A DNA stretch of 49,612 bases from a virus (taxonomy: Duplodnaviria; Caudoviricetes), in the IMG/VR virus record IMGVR_UViG_3300036771_000020, positions 1 to 49,612 of that record. The stretch is one strand, 5' to 3'. Shown piece after piece: positions 28,339 to 37,641 of the stretch. Numbering within the stretch: position 1 is the stretch's first letter; every line of letters begins with the position of its first letter. The notes below the pieces were generated by a model that saw nothing but the letters and a program-made list of their open reading frames with translations, searched no databases and was not told the DNA's origin. Made by a program: the position numbers and the translations under genes.

Positions 28339-28521
28339 ATGAAGCTAATTGATTACATAAATCAAAATTTCAAATCAAAGGCAGAATTTTCCAGACTTAT
28401 GGGTGTTACGCCACAGCAGGTCACTAAGTGGATCAATGAAGATTGGATATTTGTAGATAATAAACTGTATAGCTTTCGCCGCTCAGTACCGCATTGCGAT
28501 AAAGGATTAAATGATGGATAA
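28339..28521 (+). CDS. Small HTH regulator resembling Aca5
   Basis: 60 aa, L.DYI..NF..KAEFSRLMGVTPQQVTKWI..DW....LYS.RR.VP; matches the Aca5 pattern as I recall it. Confidence 0.7.
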   Translation: MKLIDYINQNFKSKAEFSRLMGVTPQQVTKWINEDWIFVDNKLYSFRRSVPHCDKGLNDG

Positions 28522-28843
28522 CAGCATTGACATATCGGCATTCTCGACTAAGCAACTTTTAGAGTTCATGCGGAGAATAGTAAGCGAACTGGAGGTGCGA
28601 CAATCAAATCCCCAGTTCATACAAACACCAGAGCCTGTTATACCGACACTCTCCCCAGGCAGGATGGAATTAATTTTTATCAATAACTGTCTCTCTGTAG
28701 GCACAGTTAAATCTGAGATGAAAGACCGGTGGAGAGAACTCTACAATCAATATCCAGAGTGGTTCCAATCCAAGGGGTACCCTCATACATTGAGAGGTGC
28801 AGATTTCGACACATGGAAAAAATATTTCGCGCCGAGAGATTAA
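28511..28843 (+). CDS. Hypothetical protein
   Basis: 110 aa, AAGGA RBS, overlaps the end of the HTH gene. Confidence 0.7.
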   Translation: MMDNSIDISAFSTKQLLEFMRRIVSELEVRQSNPQFIQTPEPVIPTLSPGRMELIFINNCLSVGTVKSEMKDRWRELYNQYPEWFQSKGYPHTLRGADFDTWKKYFAPRD

Positions 28844-28847
28844 TACT

Positions 28848-29168
28848 ATGCAGGCAATAAAAATTGTAATTTCAGGAAGAAGCTTCCTTCTACCCGACGG
28901 ATTTGAGTTTCCCATGCCAGAATATATAGAACAACATATCGATATGATTAAGGCTTACATAGCGGCAGGAGATGAAATGCTCATGCTGGTTCCAAACTTT
29001 GATACCCCTGAAATGCAAAATGCAATGAATAGAATCAGGATTCTAAAGTCTGAGCTTACTGAATTTAAAGCCCGGACCGGAATTATCGGAACCCCATTTG
29101 ACTCCCGAGACACTGATCTTTACATCGCTGCAAATCATGTTGAGGTTATTTCTACAATTAACTTTTAG
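28848..29168 (+). CDS. Hypothetical protein
   Basis: 106 aa from MQAIKIVISG, 4 bp after the previous stop. Confidence 0.68.
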   Translation: MQAIKIVISGRSFLLPDGFEFPMPEYIEQHIDMIKAYIAAGDEMLMLVPNFDTPEMQNAMNRIRILKSELTEFKARTGIIGTPFDSRDTDLYIAANHVEVISTINF

Positions 29169-29183
29169 TTGTGCCCCTTACGC

Positions 29184-29213
29184 AAAAAGCCCCGAGCTAT
29201 TAACTCAGGGCTT
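29184..29213 (-). terminator. tR'-like terminator of the late leader
   Basis: AGCCCTGAG-TTAATAG-CTCGGGGCT followed by TTTT, about 200 bp downstream of Q. Confidence 0.75.
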
Positions 29214-29408
29214 CTTATACAGACCTCTCAGCCTGCTTTGGTTGGAGTCCCAGACTAATTATCGAGTCGAAGTTACCAACTAGGCGGTATCAGTGATTCA
29301 GGTGCCGCCTCTTTAATCCTGAATCACCGCGCTCTTTCGCTATTGCTCCCGAGCATACCGCTAATATGCCAGGTAGCTTGCCCTTTGTCTTTAGCTATTC
29401 GTGCTATT

Positions 29409-30032
29409 TTATGCCACCAGTAGAATTTCTTTCTCCATTTCTCGCTTACATGAGTAAAACAATTCCGCTTCAAGGATATTTTCAGACCATTCCATTCTAT
29501 TCCTCGCCTCTTTAGCAGTTAATCCTTTGCTCACTAGATAGCGAATCAGGTTTTGCGCGCTATTGCGGTTGCAGTATCGTAATCTGGCGACAGAACGGAT
29601 GGGGTTGCCCCTTCCAAATGTCGTTACCATTACCCGCTCCATGAAGGCGGCATCATCTGATTCTTTGGCGAGAGCGATGATGTTGCCTGCTGCGGATTTT
29701 GGAATGAAGATATCTCGAGCCTTTCGCATTAGCTCGTCGCCGCGATACCCCTGACAGTGCAATGATGTGACCGTTTTTTCTATCTGCCGGCTCTTATCTT
29801 CGCTCCATTCTGTGCGCATCATTAGTCGCCCGATAACATTAACTGCCCCCTGAGGTGCGTCTTCGCCGCCGAGGTAATCACCCCATACGGTAAGCATATA
29901 TCTGACCCACTTCCTCTTTGGCTCAATGATGGTCTTCCATCCGGTGCCAAAGAGCCGTCGCATATCGGCCTCGCTTCTAACGCCTGAAATGCGCATCAGA
30001 TTTTCGAGGTCCGATCTGTCTTGTTTCTTCAT
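29409..30032 (-). CDS. Late antiterminator Q (putative)
   Basis: 207 aa at the end of the nin region, followed by a structured leader and terminator. Confidence 0.72.
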   Translation of the reverse strand: MKKQDRSDLENLMRISGVRSEADMRRLFGTGWKTIIEPKRKWVRYMLTVWGDYLGGEDAPQGAVNVIGRLMMRTEWSEDKSRQIEKTVTSLHCQGYRGDELMRKARDIFIPKSAAGNIIALAKESDDAAFMERVMVTTFGRGNPIRSVARLRYCNRNSAQNLIRYLVSKGLTAKEARNRMEWSENILEAELFYSCKREMEKEILLVA

Positions 30033-30691
30033 GCTTCCCCCTGCAATTGGCGTAGTGTCAGGTTTCCGCAGAACACGGCACCGGTATCGATGTAATTCTG
30101 GTTCCAGTATTTGAGCGGCTTCTTCGCTGGGGTGTGACCGAAGATAAACTCATCAGCACCGGTTATCAGGCTGCCGACCCCATCCCACGCATTACTGACT
30201 CGCTCACGATTCCAGATAACCAGTGCAGGGTCTATGAGTCTGCCAAACGAGTAATCATTGGCTGGGTAATCGGCATGGCAAATAACTACTCTTTTACTTC
30301 CAACTTGAAGATCGATAACCAAGGGGAGATCGTCAGCTTTTCTGATGAGGTTTTTCGCCTGTTGATTATGGTCAGCATCCAGATAGTAAAACCAGTCGCC
30401 TCCATTACTCATCCAGTGCATGGCGCTTCCGTTGTGCAGGACAGCATCAATCATCATCTGCTCATGATTCCCGCGAACAGCCTTAAACCATGGGAAATTT
30501 ATAAGGTCCAGGCATTCGATGTTTTCCTTCCCTCTATCGATCAGATCTCCAACGGAGATAAGCAGGTCTTGCGTGGTATCGAACCTGATTTCATCCAGCT
30601 TATTCATCAGTATCGTGTAGCAGCCGTGAAGGTCGCCGACAACCCATACATTCCGATACGCTGAACCGTCTATTCGTTCATAGATATTCAT
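30029..30691 (-). CDS. ninI: Ser/Thr protein phosphatase (lambda NinI-like)
   Basis: GDLHG, GDLIDRG, RGNHE and FGHT metallophosphoesterase motifs. Confidence 0.93.
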   Translation of the reverse strand: MNIYERIDGSAYRNVWVVGDLHGCYTILMNKLDEIRFDTTQDLLISVGDLIDRGKENIECLDLINFPWFKAVRGNHEQMMIDAVLHNGSAMHWMSNGGDWFYYLDADHNQQAKNLIRKADDLPLVIDLQVGSKRVVICHADYPANDYSFGRLIDPALVIWNRERVSNAWDGVGSLITGADEFIFGHTPAKKPLKYWNQNYIDTGAVFCGNLTLRQLQGEA

Positions 30692-31296
30692 GCTGCTTGC
30701 TCCTGTTGCTTTAAAAGTTGTCGAGTCTTTTCCCGATAAAGCTTCGCAAGTTCCTGCAATTCCTCTCGCGTCCACTTAATGGCCGGATGCGGCCCCATCA
30801 GGCGCTCGAAAGCTTCCTGCCCGATTTTCTTTATCAAGCGCGGAGTGTAGTTTTCGATGTTCCCGGATAGGTGCTGATTGCACGGAACGCACTGCTTATG
30901 GCAGTTGGTTTCGTCGTAGCGGGTTGATGGCGATGCGCCACGGGTTCGGTAGTGGCCTGCGTCGTATTTGCCTTCATGATGGCGACCGCAGCTAATGCAT
31001 GGTTCAGTGGCATCACGGGTGCGGATGTATTCGTTGAAGGCTGCTTGAGTTTGTTTATGGAAGTGGCTGAGGGGCTGTACTGCTAACTTGCGGACTTTTA
31101 AACTTCGTCGCTCTTGCTGGGCTTCATTCTTTCGCCGTCGTTCTGCTTTCTGTATCGCGCTCTGACGGTCTTTCTCTCTCTTGGCTAGTGCTATTACTGT
31201 TCCACATTCTGCGCTACACCAGATTTGATTTGAGAAGGCTGGGTGAAACCATTCCCGGCACTCAGGATTCTTGCACCGCTTTCTGGGCTTCCTCAT
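30688..31296 (-). CDS. ninG: NinG/Rap recombination endonuclease
   Basis: PCISCG, DAGHYR and [10 protein letters not shown] motifs. Confidence 0.92.
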   Translation of the reverse strand: MRKPRKRCKNPECREWFHPAFSNQIWCSAECGTVIALAKREKDRQSAIQKAERRRKNEAQQERRSLKVRKLAVQPLSHFHKQTQAAFNEYIRTRDATEPCISCGRHHEGKYDAGHYRTRGASPSTRYDETNCHKQCVPCNQHLSGNIENYTPRLIKKIGQEAFERLMGPHPAIKWTREELQELAKLYREKTRQLLKQQEQAA

Positions 31297-31459
31297 CTCG
31301 CATTACTCCTTGGGGATCGGTTTCTAAATACGCCTCATGAGCGCACTCGTTACATGCGTAAACTTCGCCAGGCTGCAAAGGCTTTGTACATGCTGCGCAA
31401 TATCCTGCTGCTGCGTTGCTCTGGCGTTGATATGTGGTTATTTCAGATGGCTGGAGCAT
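31262..31459 (-). CDS. ninF: NinF-like protein
   Basis: MLQPSEITTYQRQS...CAAC...EVYACNEC. Confidence 0.75.
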   Translation of the reverse strand: MLQPSEITTYQRQSNAAAGYCAACTKPLQPGEVYACNECAHEAYLETDPQGVMRDEEAQKAVQES

Positions 31460-31667
31460 CGATAGCACTCCAGCAAATTTGCGTCTTGTAGACACTTTTA
31501 ACGCGTTGCACTCTCCCGGCTTTCTCCAGTTTTTTGAGTCTGCGCAGAACAACTGGCGTTTCGATTTTCTTGTCAAAGTCACGAAGCCAGTTAGCTACGA
31601 CATAGGTCATGCATCGACCGTGGTCGGTCAGTACTTTGATAATTTGCTCATCACTGATGTTGGTCAT
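31443..31667 (-). CDS. Small winged-helix-like hypothetical protein
   Basis: 74 aa, VLRRLKKLEKAGRV. Confidence 0.6.
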   Translation of the reverse strand: MTNISDEQIIKVLTDHGRCMTYVVANWLRDFDKKIETPVVLRRLKKLEKAGRVQRVKSVYKTQICWSAIDAPAI

Positions 31668-31677
31668 GCTTTTTTCC

Positions 31678-32127
31678 TTAGAAGTAGCTCTGTAGCTGGT
31701 TGAGTATTTGCTGGTCTTTAGTCCCGGCGAATACGTGTTTAATGGCGGCGTTAATCAGTGAGCTATAGCAACGCTCAAACTCTTCCTGTTCCATCTGCGC
31801 ATACGAAAGGCTCTTTGCCTCCGCTCTCACTTCCCCGCGTATGTTCGTCACGGTGTCGTAGAATCCTGCGAGTATCGTCAGGTCTTTGCGGAACCGGTTG
31901 AACTGTGTAGTTTCATCTGCACTGCCAAGCCCGGCACGTTCGGCGCACCAGTGCTCGAAGCAAAAGCCGAAGAAGGCCATCACTTTGCGATGAAATTTTG
32001 GATTACGGGTTAGCTTGATGTCGGCGGTGTAGGTTTCGCCGTTTCTGAAGCGCTGGAGTCGTTCGATGTCACTGTCATTTACTGGAGAGAATACGCCGCC
32101 TGGGTGTTTAACCAGGTCGATTTGCAT
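31678..32127 (-). CDS. DUF1367 / NinB-position protein
   Basis: RNPKFHRK..AFF, FRKDLTILAGFY and SLSYAQM motifs. Confidence 0.75.
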   Translation of the reverse strand: MQIDLVKHPGGVFSPVNDSDIERLQRFRNGETYTADIKLTRNPKFHRKVMAFFGFCFEHWCAERAGLGSADETTQFNRFRKDLTILAGFYDTVTNIRGEVRAEAKSLSYAQMEQEEFERCYSSLINAAIKHVFAGTKDQQILNQLQSYF

Positions 32128-32356
32128 CTGTTGCGTTTTCCGATGGTTGTGCAGTGAACATTTTCACTAAGCGCTCTTGTTGTATTTTCAATATTTTCCT
32201 GAGAACTCTATCCCTGCGGAAACTGCAGACTTTTGGCTGATTTCTTTGCCGCTCCCTGATTGATAGCGAAGATGAGCTGTGATATCTCCCCATCAATGCC
32301 TTTCCCTGCGTCAGGTCTGAACCTAGCAACTCCTGAATTGTGGTCGATTTACTCAT
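32108..32356 (-). CDS. Hypothetical protein
   Basis: 82 aa overlapping its neighbours in the nin region. Confidence 0.5.
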   Translation of the reverse strand: MSKSTTIQELLGSDLTQGKALMGRYHSSSSLSIRERQRNQPKVCSFRRDRVLRKILKIQQERLVKMFTAQPSENATDANRPG

Positions 32357-32684
32357 CCCCTTCTCCTTTAACGGTTATCCCTGCTGAGCGAATGGCGTCT
32401 ACCGTGTCGTCATAATCAAGCGCGGTTCCACTCGTATTTGGCACAAGATACCCTTCACCGTAATGTCCGCTTGATGTTGGCTCTTGTCGTTGAGGAAGCT
32501 CTACAACGATGCTGGCGCGGGAATTCTTCCACCATGCCCACCAACCATTAAGCGGCTGCAGGATATTCATGCTATCGAATGCGTGGTCGTAACCGTCGCC
32601 TTTCCGAGCCAGCTCTATAATCGAGGTCGGAAGACAAAGAGCTTGCCCGGCTTCATATTCAAACTGCTCTCGCGATGTTGCCAT
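32349..32684 (-). CDS. Hypothetical phage protein
   Basis: SREQFE...W..W..SRASIVVELP...AIRSAGITVKG pattern common in nin regions. Confidence 0.68.
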   Translation of the reverse strand: MATSREQFEYEAGQALCLPTSIIELARKGDGYDHAFDSMNILQPLNGWWAWWKNSRASIVVELPQRQEPTSSGHYGEGYLVPNTSGTALDYDDTVDAIRSAGITVKGEGDE

Positions 32685-32693
32685 GATGCCCCC

Positions 32694-33140
32694 TTAAACG
32701 TGCTGAATATCTGCAACGCCCTTAATGTCCGAGTTAAGAAAAACTACCATTTCAAGGCTGCTATCTATCATCCGAATAATCATGTTGTGCACTTGCTGAC
32801 CATCTACATGTCGCATTGTTGAAGAGTGATACTCAGCCCTGTAATGCATTGCATTGTCGTAACAGTTATCAACCAGATAGATCACGCCCTTTTCTAACTC
32901 AAAAGCCTTTAATTTCTCAGTCATAAATCCTCCATAAAAAAGGCCCGCGGTTTGCGAGCCTGTTATTCGATATGCCTGTTGATTTTGTGTCCGGGTGCAT
33001 AGCAGGCCATCACGAAACAGGTTCGATACTTGAGTACTCACGTAGCTGCGAGTTACTCCTATCGCCTCGGCTATTTCGTTTACTGATGTATTGGGATTGT
33101 TTGAGATGTATGTGTGTATGCGTTGTCTGGTAGTGGTCAT
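32694..33140 (-). CDS. HTH protein in frame with a second ORF (internal start 32924)
   Basis: N-terminal HTH (SVNEIAEAIGVTRSYVS); internal terminator hairpin and GGAGG RBS before MTEKLK. Confidence 0.55.
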   Translation of the reverse strand: MTTTRQRIHTYISNNPNTSVNEIAEAIGVTRSYVSTQVSNLFRDGLLCTRTQNQQAYRITGSQTAGLFYGGFMTEKLKAFELEKGVIYLVDNCYDNAMHYRAEYHSSTMRHVDGQQVHNMIIRMIDSSLEMVVFLNSDIKGVADIQHV

Positions 33141-35023
33141 GTTCCTTGCTTCACGTTGTCACCAGCCCACACCTCGTTATATTCAGAGGCTGGCATATTG
33201 GCGATGTAGTTGAATGGCGATGCGGTTCCGGTAGGTAAAAACTGGTGAGAATTAGCGTCAAGGTACAGTGGTATCCCACCCTCCCATCCTTCGCCGTTAC
33301 GCTGCTTCTCAAGCATCAGGACAGATGCAGGAGCGGCCAGCGCCTTGCGTTCCTTGTCGTCCAGTTCTTCTCCCTGCTGGTCTTTTTGTAGAGCTTTCTC
33401 ACGCACCTTGTTACGCCAGATGATAAACAGGTTGTCGGTAAGGTCGGTGATTGACCCTGAGCCTTTCACATCCATCTTTCCGGTCGGTTTCTCCTCGCTT
33501 TCACCCTTCCTGCTGTGAGTAACGAGAATAACGTGGCTGCTGGTCTTGTTCTTGAAGTCACATAGTGCATCAACAAACGCTTTCTGGCCGTTGTAATCGT
33601 CGTCACCAATGCCGCACTTCATGAGACTGTCGATGATGAACAGCTCGATGCCGTAGCGCTTCCAGGCATATGTGAATATTTCAATCAGGCGATCAGCTTT
33701 AGCCGTTCCCGTCAGGCCGAATAGCCATAACCGGTCATCGTAAAACTTGAATGCGGAGTCAATTTCTAGCGTCGGCGGGAGTTTCAGGCAGGTTGATTGC
33801 CGGGTTAGGCGTTTCAACAGGATGCCTGGTTTAATTTCCAGGGAAGCCACACAGGTTTTAACGCCCTGACGCATGGCTTCCAGTGCCATATGCCCGACTA
33901 CTTCCGTTTTGCCGTGACCGTTGACGCCGTTTACCAGTGAAAGCTCTGCCTGTCGGAAAGCAAAGTTATGGTTGAGTGATTCCCATGGGCTGTAGAACAG
34001 GCTCTGCTCTTTACCGTAGAAAGCGTTGATGGTGTCCTGATAAAACTCTCTGGCGCTGTACAACTCTTCCGGATCAAAGAAGGATGCTCTTTCGAGATAT
34101 CCGATAATGTCATCTGAAGATATGCCAGCCATCAGGCACTCGTTGATGTCTTTGTGTGGAAGCTTAACCAGGCGACAACGATGCTCACCAAGGCGAGTGG
34201 CAATCTCTCTTGCTGCCATCTGTCCTACTTCGTCGCTGTCCATGCTGATCCAGATTTCATCGAACCGGTCGAGATTGTGATATTCGAATTCAATCCACTG
34301 CTGTTTAGCCCCCTTGCCACCGCCGAACGGAACCGACAGCGCCGGGAGTCCATACTGGTAGTAACTCATGCAGTCGATTTCACCTTCGCAGATGACTACG
34401 ATCCGCATGTTCTTCGGGATAGCCTGCCAGCCATACAGACACGGCTCACAATCACCCTCGGCCATGATGACCTTCTTCCCGTCAGGACGCTCGGTGCTGA
34501 TACGCTTAACCTGCAACAGCTCACCATCGCGCTTGTAGGGGAATGCCAGCGCATCCAGTTCACGCTCGCCGTTCCAGACTTTCGCCGCTGCCACTTCGTA
34601 CAGCTTCGCCGTCTCTGCGGATATTCCACGGGAGGCAAAGTATTCGATGTGCTTTTCGGTTTTGGTGAGGTAGCGGGCTACTTTCTTGCGGTCTGGTCGG
34701 GAGAATTTCTTTTGCTGCTTAGCTGCGAAGTGGTGGTCGTCGTCCTTGATACCCAAAAACTCTTTGGCTTCGGTCATCGCCTGGTGCAATCCGCAATCCC
34801 TGACGGCTACCCATAAATCCAGAAGGTCTCCAGTGCTGCCCTCTGCAAAGTCTGACCAGACTTTTTTCCCTGCAAGATTAACCTTGAGGCTCTTGCCAGA
34901 TTCCCCGTTGATGCTCCCTGCAACCCATTCGTGACTTTCGCGCTTCCCGTTTGGTAGCAGGTACTTCGCCACCCTTTCGACCTGATTCCATAGCTGGTCG
35001 CTTAGTTCACTCGGCGTCATCAT
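33137..35023 (-). CDS. Primase-helicase (TOPRIM plus SF4 helicase)
   Basis: CEGEID and MDSDEVG TOPRIM motifs; GVNGHGKT Walker A; IIDSL; VKGSGSI. Confidence 0.92.
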   Translation of the reverse strand: MMTPSELSDQLWNQVERVAKYLLPNGKRESHEWVAGSINGESGKSLKVNLAGKKVWSDFAEGSTGDLLDLWVAVRDCGLHQAMTEAKEFLGIKDDDHHFAAKQQKKFSRPDRKKVARYLTKTEKHIEYFASRGISAETAKLYEVAAAKVWNGERELDALAFPYKRDGELLQVKRISTERPDGKKVIMAEGDCEPCLYGWQAIPKNMRIVVICEGEIDCMSYYQYGLPALSVPFGGGKGAKQQWIEFEYHNLDRFDEIWISMDSDEVGQMAAREIATRLGEHRCRLVKLPHKDINECLMAGISSDDIIGYLERASFFDPEELYSAREFYQDTINAFYGKEQSLFYSPWESLNHNFAFRQAELSLVNGVNGHGKTEVVGHMALEAMRQGVKTCVASLEIKPGILLKRLTRQSTCLKLPPTLEIDSAFKFYDDRLWLFGLTGTAKADRLIEIFTYAWKRYGIELFIIDSLMKCGIGDDDYNGQKAFVDALCDFKNKTSSHVILVTHSRKGESEEKPTGKMDVKGSGSITDLTDNLFIIWRNKVREKALQKDQQGEELDDKERKALAAPASVLMLEKQRNGEGWEGGIPLYLDANSHQFLPTGTASPFNYIANMPASEYNEVWAGDNVKQGT

Positions 35024-35127
35024 GATGCCCTCAAATCAAACTTGTTAAACCAGTACCGGACAAATCCATCGCTCAGTAAGCCGTGGTTGTACCCGGCAAT
35101 CAGCAGCGCCTTAATCCGTGATTTCAT
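35020..35127 (-). CDS. Small protein, 35 aa
   Basis: MKSRIKALLIAGYNHGLLSDGFVRYWFNKFDLRAS with GAGG RBS; fills the gap between O and the helicase. Confidence 0.55.
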   Translation of the reverse strand: MKSRIKALLIAGYNHGLLSDGFVRYWFNKFDLRAS

Positions 35128-35134
35128 CGTGACC

Positions 35135-35998
35135 TCAGAGGAAAACATAACCGCCCTTGCTGACAGTTACGGCGGGTTTCTGGCTGGATGAATCAGGATC
35201 TGCGCCAGGCTTCTCATCCTCCCATCGCTTGCCGTTCAGGTAGGTTGAGGGGTGAAGTTTGTCGAAGCCGAATTGCTTACCGATGCGGGAGGCAATGTCA
35301 CCTGCAAGGAAAATGGCGAATTGTTCCGGGGTGCCACCGTTAGCGCGTCGCCATTCCTGGCACTGAGTTCTGAATGCTGACTTCGCCGTTTTCTTTCCGG
35401 TCTTGTGCATTCCTGCACTCCAGAAAATAGATTCGAATGCTTCGTCTGCTGCCTGGTGTTTGTTTGAAGGCTGGGGGGGTGTTTCGCACTCCGCTCGAAC
35501 TTGTTCGGGCATAGTGTTTTTATCTTGTTTTTCTTTCTTTGGAATAATGTCTTTGGTGTCCCCCTGTTTTGAGGGATTGCACTCCCCTAAATTGAGGGAT
35601 GTTTTATCCCCTGTTTTGAGGGATTCCCTCCTGTTTTGAGGGATGCACCATTCAGACACGTTTTTATTAGGGCCAAACCGATTTCCTTGCTGCTTCAGAA
35701 TATTCATTCTGACCAGTTCCAGTTTCGCTTCGTTGCAACGCTTAACCGGTAATTTAGCGATAGCTGCTATCTGTGAATCGCTAATCCGATCCATTGCTTT
35801 ATTCCATCCGTAGGTAAGCCTGAGAACCGCGAGAAGAACCTTGAAGTGCCGCTTATTTATGTCAGCCCCTGCGTATTCTTCAACCAGCATATTGGAGAGT
35901 TTGGTATAACCATCTTCAAGCTCTGCCACCTTGCTCTCCACGACCATTAGATCAGGTCTGATTGGGGATACTTTATCGATATACGCAAGGTTACTCAT
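35135..35998 (-). CDS. Replication initiator (lambda O-like)
   Basis: LEDGYTKLSN..., R.TYGWNK.MDRISDSQ, GPNKNVSEW; contains the iterons. Confidence 0.92.
   Translation of the reverse strand: MSNLAYIDKVSPIRPDLMVVESKVAELEDGYTKLSNMLVEEYAGADINKRHFKVLLAVLRLTYGWNKAMDRISDSQIAAIAKLPVKRCNEAKLELVRMNILKQQGNRFGPNKNVSEWCIPQNRRESLKTGDKTSLNLGECNPSKQGDTKDIIPKKEKQDKNTMPEQVRAECETPPQPSNKHQAADEAFESIFWSAGMHKTGKKTAKSAFRTQCQEWRRANGGTPEQFAIFLAGDIASRIGKQFGFDKLHPSTYLNGKRWEDEKPGADPDSSSQKPAVTVSKGGYVFL
35561..35644. repeat. Replication origin: four lambda-type iterons
   Basis: CCCCTGTTTTGAGGGAT-like units at 35561, 35584, 35608 and 35628, next to an AT-rich tract at about 35515..35550. Confidence 0.9.
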
Positions 35999-36140
35999 GG
36001 CGTTTCTCCTGCTGCTTCTTGTTGACCTCCAGCGCTGCTCTCAACTTCTCGACAGCTTCCGGCTTGAAGGAACGGATGAAACGGTCACGGGCAACGTTCT
36101 TGTGTATTTCGTCCTGGTAAAATGTTTTCCGCTTTGTCAT
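35991..36140 (-). CDS. Small protein between cII and O (P22 orf48-like)
   Basis: 49 aa, MTKRKTFYQDEIHKNVARDRF..., AGGAG RBS. Confidence 0.7.
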   Translation of the reverse strand: MTKRKTFYQDEIHKNVARDRFIRSFKPEAVEKLRAALEVNKKQQEKRHE

Positions 36141-36216
36141 AATGACTCCTGTGAATTGATCCAGTTATTCGCACTAAGCGCTGAAGTGTTCCAAGCACTC
36201 CGGCGCTTTTTCTTTT
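36130..36216 (+). ncRNA. OOP-like antisense RNA to the cII 3' end
   Basis: TGGTAAAAT -10 at about 36115..36123; hairpin plus T-run at 36177..36216 antisense to the end of cII; 5' end estimated. Confidence 0.5.
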
Positions 36217-36452
36217 GTCAGCAGCCTGGCCACATGCTTAGCCAGATCCGCTAACTCCTCGTCTTCCACTCCCCACTCCAGAACTGCCAACAGCATCGAC
36301 ATGCGCGGCAACAGCGATTCCTTCCAGCGGGTGATTTGCGACTTGTCCACGCCGATTAACTCAGCGACGTTCGCAACACCACGAATTGCAATCTTGCTCA
36401 ATAACTTGCTTTCAATTGCACGGGCTTTATTGCGTGTTGTTGTAGTGTCCAT
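36174..36452 (-). CDS. cII: CII transcriptional activator
   Basis: VAELIGVDKSQITRWK...SMLLAVLEWGVED. Confidence 0.93.
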   Translation of the reverse strand: MDTTTTRNKARAIESKLLSKIAIRGVANVAELIGVDKSQITRWKESLLPRMSMLLAVLEWGVEDEELADLAKHVARLLTKEKAPECLEHFSA

Positions 36453-36462
36453 TTCGTATGAT
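36406..36462 (+). promoter_or_regulatory. pRE with CII boxes
   Basis: TTGC-N6-TTGT at 36430..36443, 13 bp, then TATGAT (lambda pRE geometry); a second TTGC-N6-TTGC at 36406..36419. Confidence 0.72.
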
Positions 36463-36539
36463 TTCCATATGTTGAATAAGTAGTTACGCGGCGAACCCTT
36501 AGCGGGTGCCACTAGTGATATGTAGTCTTTTGGATTACT

Positions 36540-36572
36540 GCCCTTCTTCAGGGCGGAGATGTGTAAAGAGCG
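36540..36572 (-). promoter_or_regulatory. nutR (boxA and boxB)
   Basis: CGCTCTTTACA followed by GCCCTGAAGAAGGGC, just after cro. Confidence 0.9.
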
Positions 36573-36578
36573 GGGTAA

Positions 36579-36812
36579 CTATGCTGCGGTGGACAATTCA
36601 GGCCAAATCTTGAACCAGTCATCCGGGTGTAGGTCTTTGCGGAGAACTTTGCAGTTTGAATTAACCTCAATCTGCACTGATAACGCCGCTCCTAGCTTTT
36701 GCTTAGTGCTAATTGCCTTACGAAGATACTCAACAGATGTTCCGCATTTAGTTGCGAACTCACGCTGCATGGAGATCGACAAGGCATTGAGATAATTTCG
36801 TAGAGTTTCCAT
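36579..36812 (-). CDS. cro: Cro-like repressor
   Basis: 77-aa HTH protein divergent from cI; ends DLHPDDWFKIWPEL. Confidence 0.85.
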   Translation of the reverse strand: METLRNYLNALSISMQREFATKCGTSVEYLRKAISTKQKLGAALSVQIEVNSNCKVLRKDLHPDDWFKIWPELSTAA

Positions 36813-36844
36813 ACGAGTTCCTTGCGTGATAATTAACTCAAGTA

Positions 36845-36895
36845 TACTCGCAAGTATAGACGTTGCAATACCCCCAAGTTATTTACCTGTGAGTA
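36845..36895. promoter_or_regulatory. OR operators
   Basis: TACTCGCAAGTA (36845), TACCCCCAAGTT (36869) and TACCTGTGAGTA (36884); consensus TACY-N4-RGTA shared with OL. Confidence 0.8.
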
Positions 36896-36915
36896 ATATT
36901 AAGTAAGATGAGAGG

Positions 36916-37641
36916 ATGAAAAATGATGATGGTTACGACATGTACGAACGCAGGCGCATAAAGCTGCAAGAGCTTGTTGATACTTATGGTTCTCAAAAGG
37001 CGCTTGCTGAAAAGGTAGGGATCGCTGAATCAGTGATTTCACGAATGCTTTATCCCGCTGGTAAGAAAAACAAAAGGAACATTGGCGAGAAGTCTGTCCA
37101 CCTTATCGAGGATGCTCTACAGCTTCCCCGTGGCACCATAGATGGCATTACCAGTTCAGACTCAAAGAATGAAGATGAATTTGAATATGCAGGAAAACTA
37201 AGAGCAGGGGCAATCCCCGTTATTGGAGAGGCCATCTTGGGAGTTGACGGCATGATTGACATGGTAGAAATTCATGCCGGATGGCTTCAAATCTATAGTT
37301 CTGACAAGGATGCATACGGACTTAAAGTTAAGGGTGACAGCATGCATCCACGCATACAATCAGGTGAGTTTGTAGTCATCGAGCCAAGCACACAAGTACA
37401 TTCAGGCGATGAAGTATTTGTAAGAACGCTTGATGGGCACAACATGATTAAGGTCATGACCAGGACAAGGGATGGCAGCCTCCAATTTTCCAGCATCAAC
37501 AACGAGCACAAGCCCATAACATTAGAACCTGGACAAGTGGAAAAGATGCATTATGTTTCAGCCATCGTAAAGGCTACTCGCTATGTCGATAACGATGAAG
37601 TTACCGAAAAAGGTCTACACAGTTTAAATCTTCACAACTAG
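36916..37641 (+). CDS. cI: CI repressor (HTH plus S24 autopeptidase)
   Basis: N-terminal HTH; VKGDSM catalytic Ser and MIK Lys; divergent from cro. Confidence 0.93.
   Translation: MKNDDGYDMYERRRIKLQELVDTYGSQKALAEKVGIAESVISRMLYPAGKKNKRNIGEKSVHLIEDALQLPRGTIDGITSSDSKNEDEFEYAGKLRAGAIPVIGEAILGVDGMIDMVEIHAGWLQIYSSDKDAYGLKVKGDSMHPRIQSGEFVVIEPSTQVHSGDEVFVRTLDGHNMIKVMTRTRDGSLQFSSINNEHKPITLEPGQVEKMHYVSAIVKATRYVDNDEVTEKGLHSLNLHN

Noticed and set aside
35561-35644. CRISPR-like short repeats
   Set aside because: Spacers are only 3-7 bp and lie inside O; these are replication iterons
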